This document shows, one piece after another, positions 16,494-25,968 of a stretch of 54,046 nt of DNA. Under the pieces are notes generated by a model. That model saw only the letters and a program-made list of their open reading frames with translations, ran no database searches and was not told where the DNA came from. How positions within the stretch are numbered: position 1 is the first letter of the stretch; each line of letters opens with the position of its first letter. Position numbers and translations under genes: made by a program. Origin of the DNA: a virus (lineage: Duplodnaviria > Caudoviricetes); the IMG/VR virus record IMGVR_UViG_3300048597_000384, positions 1-54,046 of that record; one strand, 5' to 3'.

Positions 16494-16803
16494 GCGATCC
16501 GTCCCAACGGGGGTCGGGACGGCCAAGCCGTTGGCTGGCCTGCGGAATTTCCGTTTCGCGGCGATCCGTCCCAACCTCTGGCGGCGAGGTTGGGACGGCC
16601 AAAGCATTGCCATGAAAGGATAATCGGCCGCCGTCCCAACCGTCCCAACCTTTTCGGCATGCACCCGCACGCACAGGCACGCGCGAGCGCACAGGCAATC
16701 ATCAGATTCAGGTTGGGACATCAATAAAGGTTGGGACGGGCGTGGGAAATCAAAGGGTTATTCGTCCCAACCTCCCCTTTCGAGGTTGGGACGAGGTTGG
16801 GAC
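16494..16803. repeat. Probable replication origin: GTCCCAAC iterons in both orientations
   Basis: GTCCCAAC at 16501, 16568, 16633, 16642, 16764; GTTGGGAC at 16589, 16712, 16730, 16785, 16796; variant GTCGGGAC at 16513. Confidence 0.8.
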
Positions 16804-16825
16804 GGATGGAACAGGTGGGGGATCG

Positions 16826-17233
16826 ATGGTCACGACGACGGTGCGGATGGGCGACTGGCTGCAGGAACAGGCGAACCGCGGCCACCTGCTGCGCTCGCAG
16901 GTCGAGGCGGCCCGGCTGTGGGCCAGCGATCTCGCCGAGCTGGGCACCGAGCTGCGCAGCACCCGGGTCACGCGCGAGGTGCGGGGCGGGGCGGCGGACG
17001 ACATCATGCGGGTGGCCACAGCCAGGCGGGTGGCGCAGGCCGAGGCCAAGCTCGGCGGCAAGGGCGGGCCGGTCTATGCGGCGGTGCATGTGGTGGCGGT
17101 CGAGGGCGGCAGCGCCGGCGACGTCGCCACCAGGCTCGAGATGCGGACCACCTCGGCCATGGACCTGATCAGGTGGGGACTGGGGCAGCTGGTGGGGGTT
17201 TACCAAATACGCGAACGGCGGTTGACTGGGTGA
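16826..17233 (+). CDS. Putative late-gene activator / antiterminator (C-terminal HTH)
   Basis: VAVEGGSAGDVATRLEMRTTSAMDLIRWGLGQL; lambda Q-like position before the late promoter. Confidence 0.6.
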   Translation: MVTTTVRMGDWLQEQANRGHLLRSQVEAARLWASDLAELGTELRSTRVTREVRGGAADDIMRVATARRVAQAEAKLGGKGGPVYAAVHVVAVEGGSAGDVATRLEMRTTSAMDLIRWGLGQLVGVYQIRERRLTG

Positions 17234-17250
17234 AACCCAAAGTGTATAGG
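17222..17250 (+). promoter_or_regulatory. Late promoter (PR'-like)
   Basis: TTGACT - 17 nt - TATAGG. Confidence 0.75.
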
Positions 17251-17273
17251 GCACCCACACTGCAGCATCAGGT

Positions 17274-17315
17274 CATGGCCCCGGTCGCCGAAAGGCACCG
17301 GGGCCGTGGCGTTTC
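17274..17315 (+). terminator. Hairpin downstream of the late promoter (tR'-like)
   Basis: CATGGCCCCGGTCGCC-GAAA-GGCACCGGGGCCGTG; weak U-tract. Confidence 0.55.
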
Positions 17316-17433
17316 ATGGGGTCGCGACCATGCCCGCCAAGGCTCAGCCCTGATCGCAAAGCCCAGCACGGCAGCCCCAGGTGCACGCGAGCACCTGGGG
17401 CTTACCGTAGCACTGCAAGATGGCGAGTGTGGT

Positions 17434-17472
17434 GGGTCCTTCCCGGCCCAGAACGTATGCGGGCGGCGGCAG
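17434..17472 (+). other. Lambda-like cos site (cosQ and cosN)
   Basis: GGGTCCT (same as lambda cosQ) followed by GGGCGGCGGCAG (lambda cohesive end is GGGCGGCGACCT), just upstream of the small terminase. Confidence 0.75.
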
Positions 17473-17531
17473 CGCGCGATTTCGGCAGTGAAACCGTCCG
17501 GGCGGAGGGTTAAAGGCTGACCCAGCTGCCG

Positions 17532-18065
17532 TTGGAGGTGCCCGCGAACGGGCGCCGCCTGGTGCGCAAGTCGGCCTTCGCCAAGCTCCGCGGCTGGTCG
17601 CCGGCCAACGTCACCAAGCTCACCAAGCCCGGCGGCAAGCTCGCCGAGGCCGTCACCCCCGAGGGGCTGCTCGACCTGGACCTCGCGGAGCGGCTGCTGG
17701 CCGCCCGAACCAACCCGGCGCGGGTGCCGGTGGCGGCCGGCGCGCTGCCGGAGCTGGCGGGGCCGAGCTTCGCCGACGCCAAGACCCGCCGGGCCCTCGC
17801 CGACGCCGAGGCCGCCGAGATCAACCTGCAGCGGATGCGCGCCCGGCTGGTCGAGGTCGAGGGCGTGCGCCAGGCCGGGGCCGACTTCGGCGCCCTGCTG
17901 CCGCAGCTCCTCGAGGAGGGGCTGGTCGACGCGGTTGCCCGGATCCGGCAGGCCGCCACCACGGCCGACGCGACCAAGCTGGCCAAGCCCGTGGCCCTGG
18001 CCCTGTGCGCGCGGATTGTCCAGGAGCTCGAGCGCACGGTGCGCGAGGTGGCCGCCGATGCGTGA
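17532..18065 (+). CDS. terS: Terminase small subunit (Nu1-like)
   Basis: N-terminal wHTH (KSAFAKLRGWSPANVTKL), coiled coil, position before GpA. Confidence 0.8.
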   Translation: MEVPANGRRLVRKSAFAKLRGWSPANVTKLTKPGGKLAEAVTPEGLLDLDLAERLLAARTNPARVPVAAGALPELAGPSFADAKTRRALADAEAAEINLQRMRARLVEVEGVRQAGADFGALLPQLLEEGLVDAVARIRQAATTADATKLAKPVALALCARIVQELERTVREVAADA

Positions 18066-20142
18066 CCTAGCGCGTGCCGGCTACGCCGCCTTCCTGCTCG
18101 CGATCGCCGCCTCGGCCAAGCCGGCGCCGGCGCTGTCGGTCTCGGAGTGGGCCGCCCAGGAGCGCGAGGTCGCGGCCGAGAGCGGCTCGCCCTACCCGGG
18201 CAAGTGGGACAACGAACGGGTGCCCTACCTCGTCGAGGTGATGGACACCTGCGGCATGGATCACCCGGCCCGCTCGGTGGCGATCCTGGCCTCGGCCCAG
18301 TCGGCGAAGTCCGAGGCCGTCCTGAACGCGATCGGGCACACCATCTGCCAGAACCCGGTCCCGATCCTGGTGATGCTGCCGAGCCTGGACGAGGTCAGCA
18401 AGTACAACGCCCACAAGCTCCAGGTCGCGATCGACGCCACGCCGGCCCTGCGGGTCCGCGTGAAGGAGACCGTGACCCGCGACGAGACCGGCTCGACCAC
18501 CAGCTTCAAGCGTTTCCGCGGCGGCTACCTGCGGATCGTCAACGCGGGCAGCTCCAAGGCCCTGCAGATGATCTCGGCCGCCTACCGGGTCTACGAGGAG
18601 CCCACCGGCTATCCCCTGGACGTCGACGGCCGCGGCGACCCGATCAGCCAGGCCGATGCGCGCTCGAAGGCCTGGAAGGAGCGCGGCGAGAAGGCGATCC
18701 TGGTGGGCACGCCCGGCACCAAGGGCCAGTGCCGCGTGTCGGCCGCCTACGAGGCCTCCGACCAGCGGCGCTGGTACGTGCCGTGCCCGCACTGCGGCGC
18801 CTACCAGGTGCTGCTGCCGCAGAACCTGCACCAGGTCGCCGACAAGCCGCCGCACGGCGCCTGGTTCGCCTGTGCGGCTGCCGGGTGCGTGATCGAGCAG
18901 GCCGACAAGGCGGCGATGGTCGCCCGTGGCGCCTGGATCCGCACCTATGCGAGCGAGGATGCGGCGAACCCGGCCCCGCCCGAGCACTTCCCGGCCGCCG
19001 ACCTGGCCCGCTGGGTCGAGCGGGGCCCGGAGCACCGCCAGCCTGGCTTCGCCTGGTGGCAGGCCTACAGCCCGTTCGTCTCCTGGGACGACACCGTGGC
19101 CGAGCGCCAGGCGGCCGAGGGCGACCCGCGCAAGCTCAAGGTGCTGTGGCAGCAGGCCTATGGCGAGGCCTGGGAAGAGCAGGGCGAGGCGCCGGACGCC
19201 GAGCGGCTGCTCGAGCGGCGGCAGAAGTGGCAGGCGGGCCGGATCCCGGCGGGCGTGCTGTTCCTCACCGGCGCCGTGGACGTCCAGGGCGACCGCCTGG
19301 AGTGGGCGGTCTATGGCTGGGACCGGCACCTGGCCGGCTACCACGTCGCCCGTGGCGTGATCGAGGGCGACCCGAACCTGGCCGGGCCGTGGCAGGTGCT
19401 CGACGAGCTCGTGACGCGCCGGTTCCAGGACGCCTGGGGCAAGACCTGGCCGGTCGACGTCTGGGGCGTGGACTCCGGCTTTCTGAGCCAGACGGTCTAT
19501 CGCTGGGCGCTGCGCCACGCGCACACCGGCCGCATCCGGGCACTCGACGGACGCTCCGGCTGGAAGCTGCCGGCGATCGGCACGCCCAAGACGATCGACG
19601 TCGACTGGGACGGCCGCAAGCTGGGCGCGGTGCAGCTCTGGCCGGTCGGCACCTGGGACCTGAAGAGCGAGCTCTACGGCAAGCTGCGGATGACGCTGAA
19701 GGGCCCGGACGATACCGGCGCCTGGCCGCGCGAGTGCATGTGGTTCGGCGAGAGCTGCGACCGCGGCTTCTTCGAGCAGCTCACGGCCGAGTTCCTCACC
19801 GACGTCGAGCGCCGCTCGGGCTACGTCGAGAAGGCCTGGGTGAAGATCAAGGGCCGGCGGAACGAGCAGCACGACCTGGCGGTCTACGCGCTAGGCCTCG
19901 CCCGCCATGCGAGCGACCCGCTCACCGATGGCGACTGGGCGCAGCTCGAGCAGCAGCGGCTGGGTCCGGCGGCCGAGGCGCAGCTCGACCTGGCCGCGAT
20001 CTGGGCGCCCGGCCTCGCCAGCGAACACCCCACCGTGAAAGTGCCGGCTGGGGTGGTACCGCCTCAGCCGGCCACGGTCGCCACAGGCTCGGGCGAAGAG
20101 CAGGGCGCCCGACGCCGCGTGATCCGGTCGAGCTATCTCTGA
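18058..20142 (+). CDS. terL: Terminase large subunit, GpA family
   Basis: ASAQSAKSE, CPHCG, GAVDVQGDRLE, VDSG, RNEQHDLAVY. Confidence 0.95.
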   Translation: MRDLARAGYAAFLLAIAASAKPAPALSVSEWAAQEREVAAESGSPYPGKWDNERVPYLVEVMDTCGMDHPARSVAILASAQSAKSEAVLNAIGHTICQNPVPILVMLPSLDEVSKYNAHKLQVAIDATPALRVRVKETVTRDETGSTTSFKRFRGGYLRIVNAGSSKALQMISAAYRVYEEPTGYPLDVDGRGDPISQADARSKAWKERGEKAILVGTPGTKGQCRVSAAYEASDQRRWYVPCPHCGAYQVLLPQNLHQVADKPPHGAWFACAAAGCVIEQADKAAMVARGAWIRTYASEDAANPAPPEHFPAADLARWVERGPEHRQPGFAWWQAYSPFVSWDDTVAERQAAEGDPRKLKVLWQQAYGEAWEEQGEAPDAERLLERRQKWQAGRIPAGVLFLTGAVDVQGDRLEWAVYGWDRHLAGYHVARGVIEGDPNLAGPWQVLDELVTRRFQDAWGKTWPVDVWGVDSGFLSQTVYRWALRHAHTGRIRALDGRSGWKLPAIGTPKTIDVDWDGRKLGAVQLWPVGTWDLKSELYGKLRMTLKGPDDTGAWPRECMWFGESCDRGFFEQLTAEFLTDVERRSGYVEKAWVKIKGRRNEQHDLAVYALGLARHASDPLTDGDWAQLEQQRLGPAAEAQLDLAAIWAPGLASEHPTVKVPAGVVPPQPATVATGSGEEQGARRRVIRSSYL

Positions 20143-20354
20143 TGGCGGTGACCCAGGCTGATCGCGACAAGCTGCTGCGCGAGCTCCTCGACGCGGAGCG
20201 GCGGGTGGAGAAGGGCGACTACAGCGTCACCTTCCGGCCCGTGGAAGAAATCCGGTCCGCCCTGGAGCTCATCGATCGCGAGCTCGGTGCGCAGACGGAC
20301 CCGGTGCGGCCCCGGACGCGGCAGGTCCGGATCTTCAGCGAGAAGGGTCTCTAG
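20142..20354 (+). CDS. Head completion protein gpW-like
   Basis: 70 aa, RVEKGDYSVTFRPVEEIRSAL, between terL and portal. Confidence 0.8.
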   Translation: MAVTQADRDKLLRELLDAERRVEKGDYSVTFRPVEEIRSALELIDRELGAQTDPVRPRTRQVRIFSEKGL

Positions 20355-20372
20355 CTGAAGCCGCGCTATCGG

Positions 20373-21917
20373 GTGCCGGTCGGGTTCGACCCGACCCGTT
20401 CCCTGCCTCGCGAGATCGGCCCTGCGCCCCTGGTCAGGGCCAGCTTCGATGGTGCCCAGGGCAGCCGCCGCCTGTCGCGGTGGACACCGAGCCGCGAGCA
20501 CGTCAACGGCCTCCTGGCGCTGCAAGGCGGCCGGCTGCTCTCCAGGACCCGCGACCTCGCGCGGAACAATCCCTATGTCGTCAGCGCGCGCGAGAGCTTC
20601 GTCGCCAACACGGTCGGCGCCGGCATACTGCCGAGCTGGCTGGATCTGAGGCCGCGACAGAAGAAGGCCCTGGAGACAGCCTGGCTCGACTGGACCGACG
20701 AAGCCGACGCCGACGGCGTGGTCGACTTCTACGGCATGGAGGCACTGGCCGCCGGCGCCCTGTTCGAGGCGGGCGAGTGCTTCTTCCGGCTGATGCCGGG
20801 CGCCGGACCGACCGGCACTCTCCAGCTGCGGATCATCGAAAGCGAGCAGTGCCCGGTCGAGCTCGCGCGGACCGAGGCCAACGGCAACCGCACCCGGGCG
20901 GGGATCGAGTTCACGCCAGATGGCACGCGCGCGGCCTACTGGTTCCATCGGCGGCACCCGGATGATTCCACCATGCTGGCCGAGTATGGCGACCATGTGC
21001 GTGTGCCGGCGAAGGAGGTGATCCACCTCTTCCGGCCGACCCGGCCCGGTCAGATCCGTGGCGTGCCCTGGGTCTCGGCGGCGGTGGTCAAGGCGTTCCT
21101 GCTCGACCGGTACGATGACGCCGAGCTGGACCGCAAGGGCACGGCGGCCCTGTTCGCGGGCTTCATTATCTCGCCCGCCCGCTCGCAGACGCCATTGTCC
21201 GGACAGAAGGACGTGCCAGGCGAGCCCGGCGTGGCGATGGCCGGCCTGCAGCCCGGAACCATGCAGATCCTCGAGCCCGGCGAGGACATCAAATTCAGCG
21301 CCCCGGCCGACGTGGGCGGCCAGTACGAGGCCTTCCAGTATCGCAACCTGCTGGCCCTCTGCGCCGCGACCGGCGTGCCCTACACCGCCGTGACCGGCGA
21401 TCTCCGCCAGGCGAACTACAGCAGCCTGCGCGCCGGCCTGGTCGAGTTCCGCCGCCGGATCGAGCAGCTGCAGCACAACACGCTGGTGTTTCAGCTGTGC
21501 CGGCCGGTGGCGCAGGCCTGGGTTCGGCAGGCGGTCCTGGCGGAACGGATCCGGCTGCCCGGCTTCCAGTCCGAACCGGCCCGCTACACCAGGATCAAAT
21601 GGATCCCGCCGCGCTTCGAGTGGGTCGACCCCTGGAAGGACCGCAAGGCGGAAGAGCTGGCGGTCAACAATGGCTGGAAGAGCCGGTCCGACGTGATCGA
21701 GGCCGAGGGTGCCGACGCCGAGCAGGTGGACGCCCGGATCGCCGGCGACGCGGAACGCGAGCGCCGGCACGGGATCGGGCCGTTCCCCAAGGCAGCCAAG
21801 GCCGCGGCCGCTCCCAGCCCGGGCAAGGAAGCCGTGCTCGGCGACCCACTGGACGAGGGTGAGGCCGAGGGCGGCCGGACCGACGAGCAGGATCTCGAAA
21901 CGGAGCGCGCCGCATGA
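20373..21917 (+). CDS. Portal protein, lambda family
   Basis: RTRDLARNNP, RPGQIRGVPW, TGDLRQANYSSLRAG, WVDPWKD. Confidence 0.95.
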   Translation: MPVGFDPTRSLPREIGPAPLVRASFDGAQGSRRLSRWTPSREHVNGLLALQGGRLLSRTRDLARNNPYVVSARESFVANTVGAGILPSWLDLRPRQKKALETAWLDWTDEADADGVVDFYGMEALAAGALFEAGECFFRLMPGAGPTGTLQLRIIESEQCPVELARTEANGNRTRAGIEFTPDGTRAAYWFHRRHPDDSTMLAEYGDHVRVPAKEVIHLFRPTRPGQIRGVPWVSAAVVKAFLLDRYDDAELDRKGTAALFAGFIISPARSQTPLSGQKDVPGEPGVAMAGLQPGTMQILEPGEDIKFSAPADVGGQYEAFQYRNLLALCAATGVPYTAVTGDLRQANYSSLRAGLVEFRRRIEQLQHNTLVFQLCRPVAQAWVRQAVLAERIRLPGFQSEPARYTRIKWIPPRFEWVDPWKDRKAEELAVNNGWKSRSDVIEAEGADAEQVDARIAGDAERERRHGIGPFPKAAKAAAAPSPGKEAVLGDPLDEGEAEGGRTDEQDLETERAA

Positions 21918-23191
21918 TCGGCAGGCATCACATCGCGTCGCGTGTCTTCGGCGTGCCGTTGATGATCACAGGCGACAAGCTGCAGGCGATCCTGGCTGCG
22001 ATCTGGCCGGCGAGCTCGGGCGACGGCGGGCTGCCGGCACTTCGCACCATGGACCAGGAGGACGAGCGCGAGGCGAGCGGGCAGGGTGGCCGCGGGCCCT
22101 ATAGGGTAACCCCCGAGGGTATCGCCGTGCTGCCCATCCTCGACACCCTGGTTCGCCGGGGGTCCTGGGTCGACGCGATGAGCGGCCTCACCAGCTACGA
22201 ATCGATCCGGCGCAACCTGCGCTCCGCCGTGGCCGATCCGGGGGTGCGGGGCATCCTGCTGGACGTCGACAGCCCGGGCGGCGAGGCCGGCGGCGTGCTC
22301 GATCTCAGCGACGAGATCCGGGCGGCCCGGGGCAGGAAGCCCATCTGGGCGATCGCCAACGAATGCGCTTGCAGTGCCGCCTATGCCATCGCCAGTGCCG
22401 CCGACTCGCTGTGGGTGCCGCGCACCGGCCAGGTCGGCAGCATCGGTGTGATGGCGCTCTTCCGCGACCAGTCGGGGCAGGATCAGGCCGAAGGCCTCAG
22501 CTACACGGCCGTCTATGCCGGCGCGCGGAAGAACGATTTCAACCCGCACGAGCCGCTGACCGACGCGGCCCGGCTGGTGCTGCAGGGCGAGGTCGACCGG
22601 CACTACAGCCTGTTCGTCGACACCGTCGCACGAAACCGCCGCCTGGGTGCTGAGGCGGTGCGCGCGACGGAAGCCGGGATCCTCAATTCCGAGCAGGCCC
22701 TGACGGCTAAGCTCGCCGACCGGATCGGTACTTTCGACGACGCGCTCGCCGCGATGGCAGCGCGCGTCAGGCCGCGCCTGGCCTACGGGGCCCAGGCGAG
22801 CTCGGCTGCAACTGCCCCCGATGGATCAGCGATGAGCATGGATGCCGATCAGCCCGGCGCGCCCTCGGGCGACCGGCAGGAGAACGTGGTGGATCTCGAG
22901 GCGGCCCGCCGCGAGGCCCATAGCCAGGGCGAGGCCGCGGCTGGCGCCTACGCGGCCGAGGTGGCCGACCTCTGCGCGCTCGCGGGGCTGCCGCAGATGG
23001 CCGGCGAGCTGATCAAGGCGAAGCCGCCCATCGCCGAGGTCCGCAGCCGCCTGCAGGCGGCGCAGCGCGCCGTCACGGCCAGCAATCCGGTGGACAACCG
23101 CCATCACGCCGGCGGCGACGCGCCGAAGCGGGCCACGCTGGACCCTGTCCGGATCTACGACACGCGCGCCCGCGCCATGGGTCAGCGGTAA
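21914..23191 (+). CDS. S49 head maturation protease / scaffold (gpC-like)
   Basis: LDVDSPGGE, ACSAAYAIASA, GQVGSIGV. Confidence 0.92.
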   Translation: MIGRHHIASRVFGVPLMITGDKLQAILAAIWPASSGDGGLPALRTMDQEDEREASGQGGRGPYRVTPEGIAVLPILDTLVRRGSWVDAMSGLTSYESIRRNLRSAVADPGVRGILLDVDSPGGEAGGVLDLSDEIRAARGRKPIWAIANECACSAAYAIASAADSLWVPRTGQVGSIGVMALFRDQSGQDQAEGLSYTAVYAGARKNDFNPHEPLTDAARLVLQGEVDRHYSLFVDTVARNRRLGAEAVRATEAGILNSEQALTAKLADRIGTFDDALAAMAARVRPRLAYGAQASSAATAPDGSAMSMDADQPGAPSGDRQENVVDLEAARREAHSQGEAAAGAYAAEVADLCALAGLPQMAGELIKAKPPIAEVRSRLQAAQRAVTASNPVDNRHHAGGDAPKRATLDPVRIYDTRARAMGQR

Positions 23192-23231
23192 CCGACCCGC
23201 GATCAGCCACGCCGAACCGAGGTAAGCAGAG

Positions 23232-24143
23232 ATGCCCACGTCCTTCACCCAGGGCCGCCACGCGGCCGAGTTCATCCTGTCCGAGGCGCCCGGCTGGCGC
23301 TCGCGGGAGAACGTCATCGTCACCGGCGCCGCGGCGCTCGGTGCGGGCGCCGTTCTGGGCATGATCCTGGCTTCCGGGATCACCCAGGAGTTCTCCGGCA
23401 CCGGCAACGGCGTGCTCACGCCCGACGCCACCACGCCGCTGCTGGCCGGTGTCCAGGAAGGCGCCTACCGGGTCGTGTGCCTCGAGCCCGGCAGCAATGT
23501 CGGCACCTTCGCGGTCTACGACCCGCAGGGCGTCCACCTCGGGAACCATGTCGTCGCCGGCTCGGCCTTCGCCAACCAGATCAAGTTCGCGATCGCCGAC
23601 GGTGCCACCGACTTCGTCGCCGGGGATACCTTCACGCTGTGGGTCCGGGGCGGCTCGGCTTCGGCGGTTACCGGGACCGGCAACGGGACGCTCACCCTCT
23701 ACGCCACCCGGGAGCCGGCTCAGCCTGGCGTCTACAGCCTGGTGTGCACCGCGGCCGCGGCCAATGGCGGCACGTTCTCGGTGACCGCGCCCGATGGGAC
23801 CGTGCTCGCCCCCGCTACCGTCGGCACCCGCTACGTCGACGGCGGCCTGGAGTTCCGCATCAACGATGGCGGCACGGACTTCATCGTCGGCGACAGCTTC
23901 GCGATCACCGTGGCGCGCGGAAAGATGAAGGCCTGCGACAGCGCCGCGACGGACGGGAGCGGCATCCCGGCCGGGATCCTGATCGCCGCGGTCGACGCCA
24001 GTGCGGCCGACGCCAAGGGTGCCGCCCTGGTCAGGGACGCCGAGGTCACCTTCGCGGAGCTGACCTGGGCGTCGGCGATGGACGCCTCCGAAAAGCAGAC
24101 CGCGCGCCTCGCCCTCGCGGGCCGCGGGATCGTCTGCCGGTAA
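23232..24143 (+). CDS. Head decoration protein with tandemly duplicated insert
   Basis: gpD-like ends (EFILSEA..RSRE; VRDAEV); two TGNG...TF...DG.TDF..GD.F repeats. Confidence 0.85.
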   Translation: MPTSFTQGRHAAEFILSEAPGWRSRENVIVTGAAALGAGAVLGMILASGITQEFSGTGNGVLTPDATTPLLAGVQEGAYRVVCLEPGSNVGTFAVYDPQGVHLGNHVVAGSAFANQIKFAIADGATDFVAGDTFTLWVRGGSASAVTGTGNGTLTLYATREPAQPGVYSLVCTAAAANGGTFSVTAPDGTVLAPATVGTRYVDGGLEFRINDGGTDFIVGDSFAITVARGKMKACDSAATDGSGIPAGILIAAVDASAADAKGAALVRDAEVTFAELTWASAMDASEKQTARLALAGRGIVCR

Positions 24144-24181
24144 CCGGCATCACCCCTACAAGCCGGTAAGGAACCGCGCAC

Positions 24182-25198
24182 ATGCCTTCGATGGACGTGT
24201 TCAACTCCGACGCCTTCAGCGTGCAGACCCTGACGGCGGCGGTCAACGAAGTGCCCTTCGTTCCTGGCCGCCTGGGCCAGCTCGGCATCTTCGAGGAGGA
24301 AGGGGTCACCACGACCGCGATCTCGGTCGAGCGCCAGGGCGAGACCCTGGCCCTGGTGCCCGTGACGCCGCGTGCCGGCGTGCCCACGCCGCACTCGCCC
24401 GACAAGCGCAAGCTGACCTTCCTGCCGACGGTGCGCCTGGCGCTCACCGACGCGGTGAACGCCGACGAGGTCCAGAACGTCCGCGCGTTCGGCTCCGAGA
24501 TGCAGATGGAGACCATCCAGAACCTTGTCACCCGCCGCAACGCCCAGATGGCGCGGAAGATCGACGCCACCCTGGAGCACCACCGGATCGGGGCGATCAA
24601 GGGCGTGGTCTACGACGCCGATGGCGCCACCGTGCTCTACAACCTGTTCTCGATCTTCGGCGTCGAACAGCACAGCGAGATCGACTTCGATCTCGACAAC
24701 GCGACGCCGGGGTCGGGCGCGGTGATGAAGAAGTGCAACGACGTGATCCGCAAGATCGAGGACGAGCTGGGTGGTCTGCCGATGGACGGCGTCCACGCGA
24801 TGTGCGGCTCCGCCTGGTTCGACGACCTGGTCGCGCACGGCGAAATCCGTGAGACCTTCCAGGCACAGAACGCCGCCCAGCTGCGCGAGCGCACGGCCAG
24901 GCGCTCCCTGTTCTATGCCGGGATCACCTTCGAGGAGTACCGCGGCAAGGTCGGTACGACCCAGTATGTCGGCGACGACAAGGCCCACTTCTTCCCCGTC
25001 GGGGTGCCCGGCCTCTTCCTGACCCGGTTCGCGCCGGCGGACTACGAGGAGACGGTCAACACCATGGGCCTGCCGCGCTATTCCAAGCAGGCGCCCGATC
25101 CCGACGGCATGGGCCGCAAGCGCGTGCTGGAAGTGCAGAGCAACCCGATCAACCTCTGCACCCGCCCGAAGACCCTGATCAAGGCCAAGCGCACTTAA
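24182..25198 (+). CDS. Major capsid protein (lambda E family)
   Basis: DAFSVQTLTAAVN, DATLEHHRIGAIKG, EVQSNPINLCTRP. Confidence 0.93.
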   Translation: MPSMDVFNSDAFSVQTLTAAVNEVPFVPGRLGQLGIFEEEGVTTTAISVERQGETLALVPVTPRAGVPTPHSPDKRKLTFLPTVRLALTDAVNADEVQNVRAFGSEMQMETIQNLVTRRNAQMARKIDATLEHHRIGAIKGVVYDADGATVLYNLFSIFGVEQHSEIDFDLDNATPGSGAVMKKCNDVIRKIEDELGGLPMDGVHAMCGSAWFDDLVAHGEIRETFQAQNAAQLRERTARRSLFYAGITFEEYRGKVGTTQYVGDDKAHFFPVGVPGLFLTRFAPADYEETVNTMGLPRYSKQAPDPDGMGRKRVLEVQSNPINLCTRPKTLIKAKRT

Positions 25199-25214
25199 GT
25201 CAGGGCTCTTCTGG

Positions 25215-25532
25215 GTGGACTATGGCGCGAGGGCGCGCGACGCGGCGTTCCGCCGGCTGGGCATCGATGCGGTGCACTGGCCGGCGGGAGCTGCGCCGGG
25301 TGCCACGGTGCGGCTGCTACTCGAATCGAACCACCCCGGGTTCCCAGCCGGGGCCGGGCGTGTCGTCGTCGACCGCGTGACCGCAGAGGTCCGGGCGGCG
25401 GAGCTGGCGGCCGTGGCTGCCGGTGATTGGCTCAATGCCGGCGGCATCTGGTACCGAATCGAGCCGAACCCGGAGCGGGATGCCGAGGGCGTCTGGCAGC
25501 TCGGCCTGCGGCGCTCGGAGAGCGGGCCTTGA
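25215..25532 (+). CDS. Head-tail joining protein (FII-like)
   Basis: Size and position after the capsid gene. Confidence 0.7.
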   Translation: MDYGARARDAAFRRLGIDAVHWPAGAAPGATVRLLLESNHPGFPAGAGRVVVDRVTAEVRAAELAAVAAGDWLNAGGIWYRIEPNPERDAEGVWQLGLRRSESGP

Positions 25533-25957
25533 GCACGCGCGAGCCGGCCTACCAGGCGCTGCTCGCGGCCCTGGAGACGGGCCTGCAGCCCTGGCCGGTC
25601 AGCCGCAACGGGACCGCCCCGGTGGAGCTCACCGAGCCCGCGGCAATCCTGCGCGACGGCGAGGCCGAGGCGGACGGCGAGCCCACGCTGGGCGTGCGCG
25701 CCTGGCCCTGGGCGGATCCGGCCCAGGTGGAGCTCTATGCCCAGAGCGACGTGCCCGGTGCGCTGGAAGCGATGGCGCAGGAGCTGGTCGACCGGCTCGA
25801 GGCGGCACTCGCCGACCGGACCCTGGGCGGGGTGGTCGACTGGCTCGAGGTCGGCCCGCCGCGCATGGCGATCGAGGGCGAGCTCGGCGTGGTGCCGTTC
25901 ATGGCCGCGGCCGTGACGGTGACGATGTTCTACACCAGCGCCGCGGCGAGCGGCTGA
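25529..25957 (+). CDS. Tail terminator-like protein
   Basis: STREPAYQALL...ADRTLGGVVDW; position before the tail tube gene. Confidence 0.7.
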   Translation: MSTREPAYQALLAALETGLQPWPVSRNGTAPVELTEPAAILRDGEAEADGEPTLGVRAWPWADPAQVELYAQSDVPGALEAMAQELVDRLEAALADRTLGGVVDWLEVGPPRMAIEGELGVVPFMAAAVTVTMFYTSAAASG

Positions 25958-25968
25958 GGGGCTGAGAG

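Noticed and set aside
16494-16803. CRISPR-like array
   Set aside because: Repeats are only 8-15 bp, in both orientations, with irregular spacing and no cas genes; better explained as iterons.
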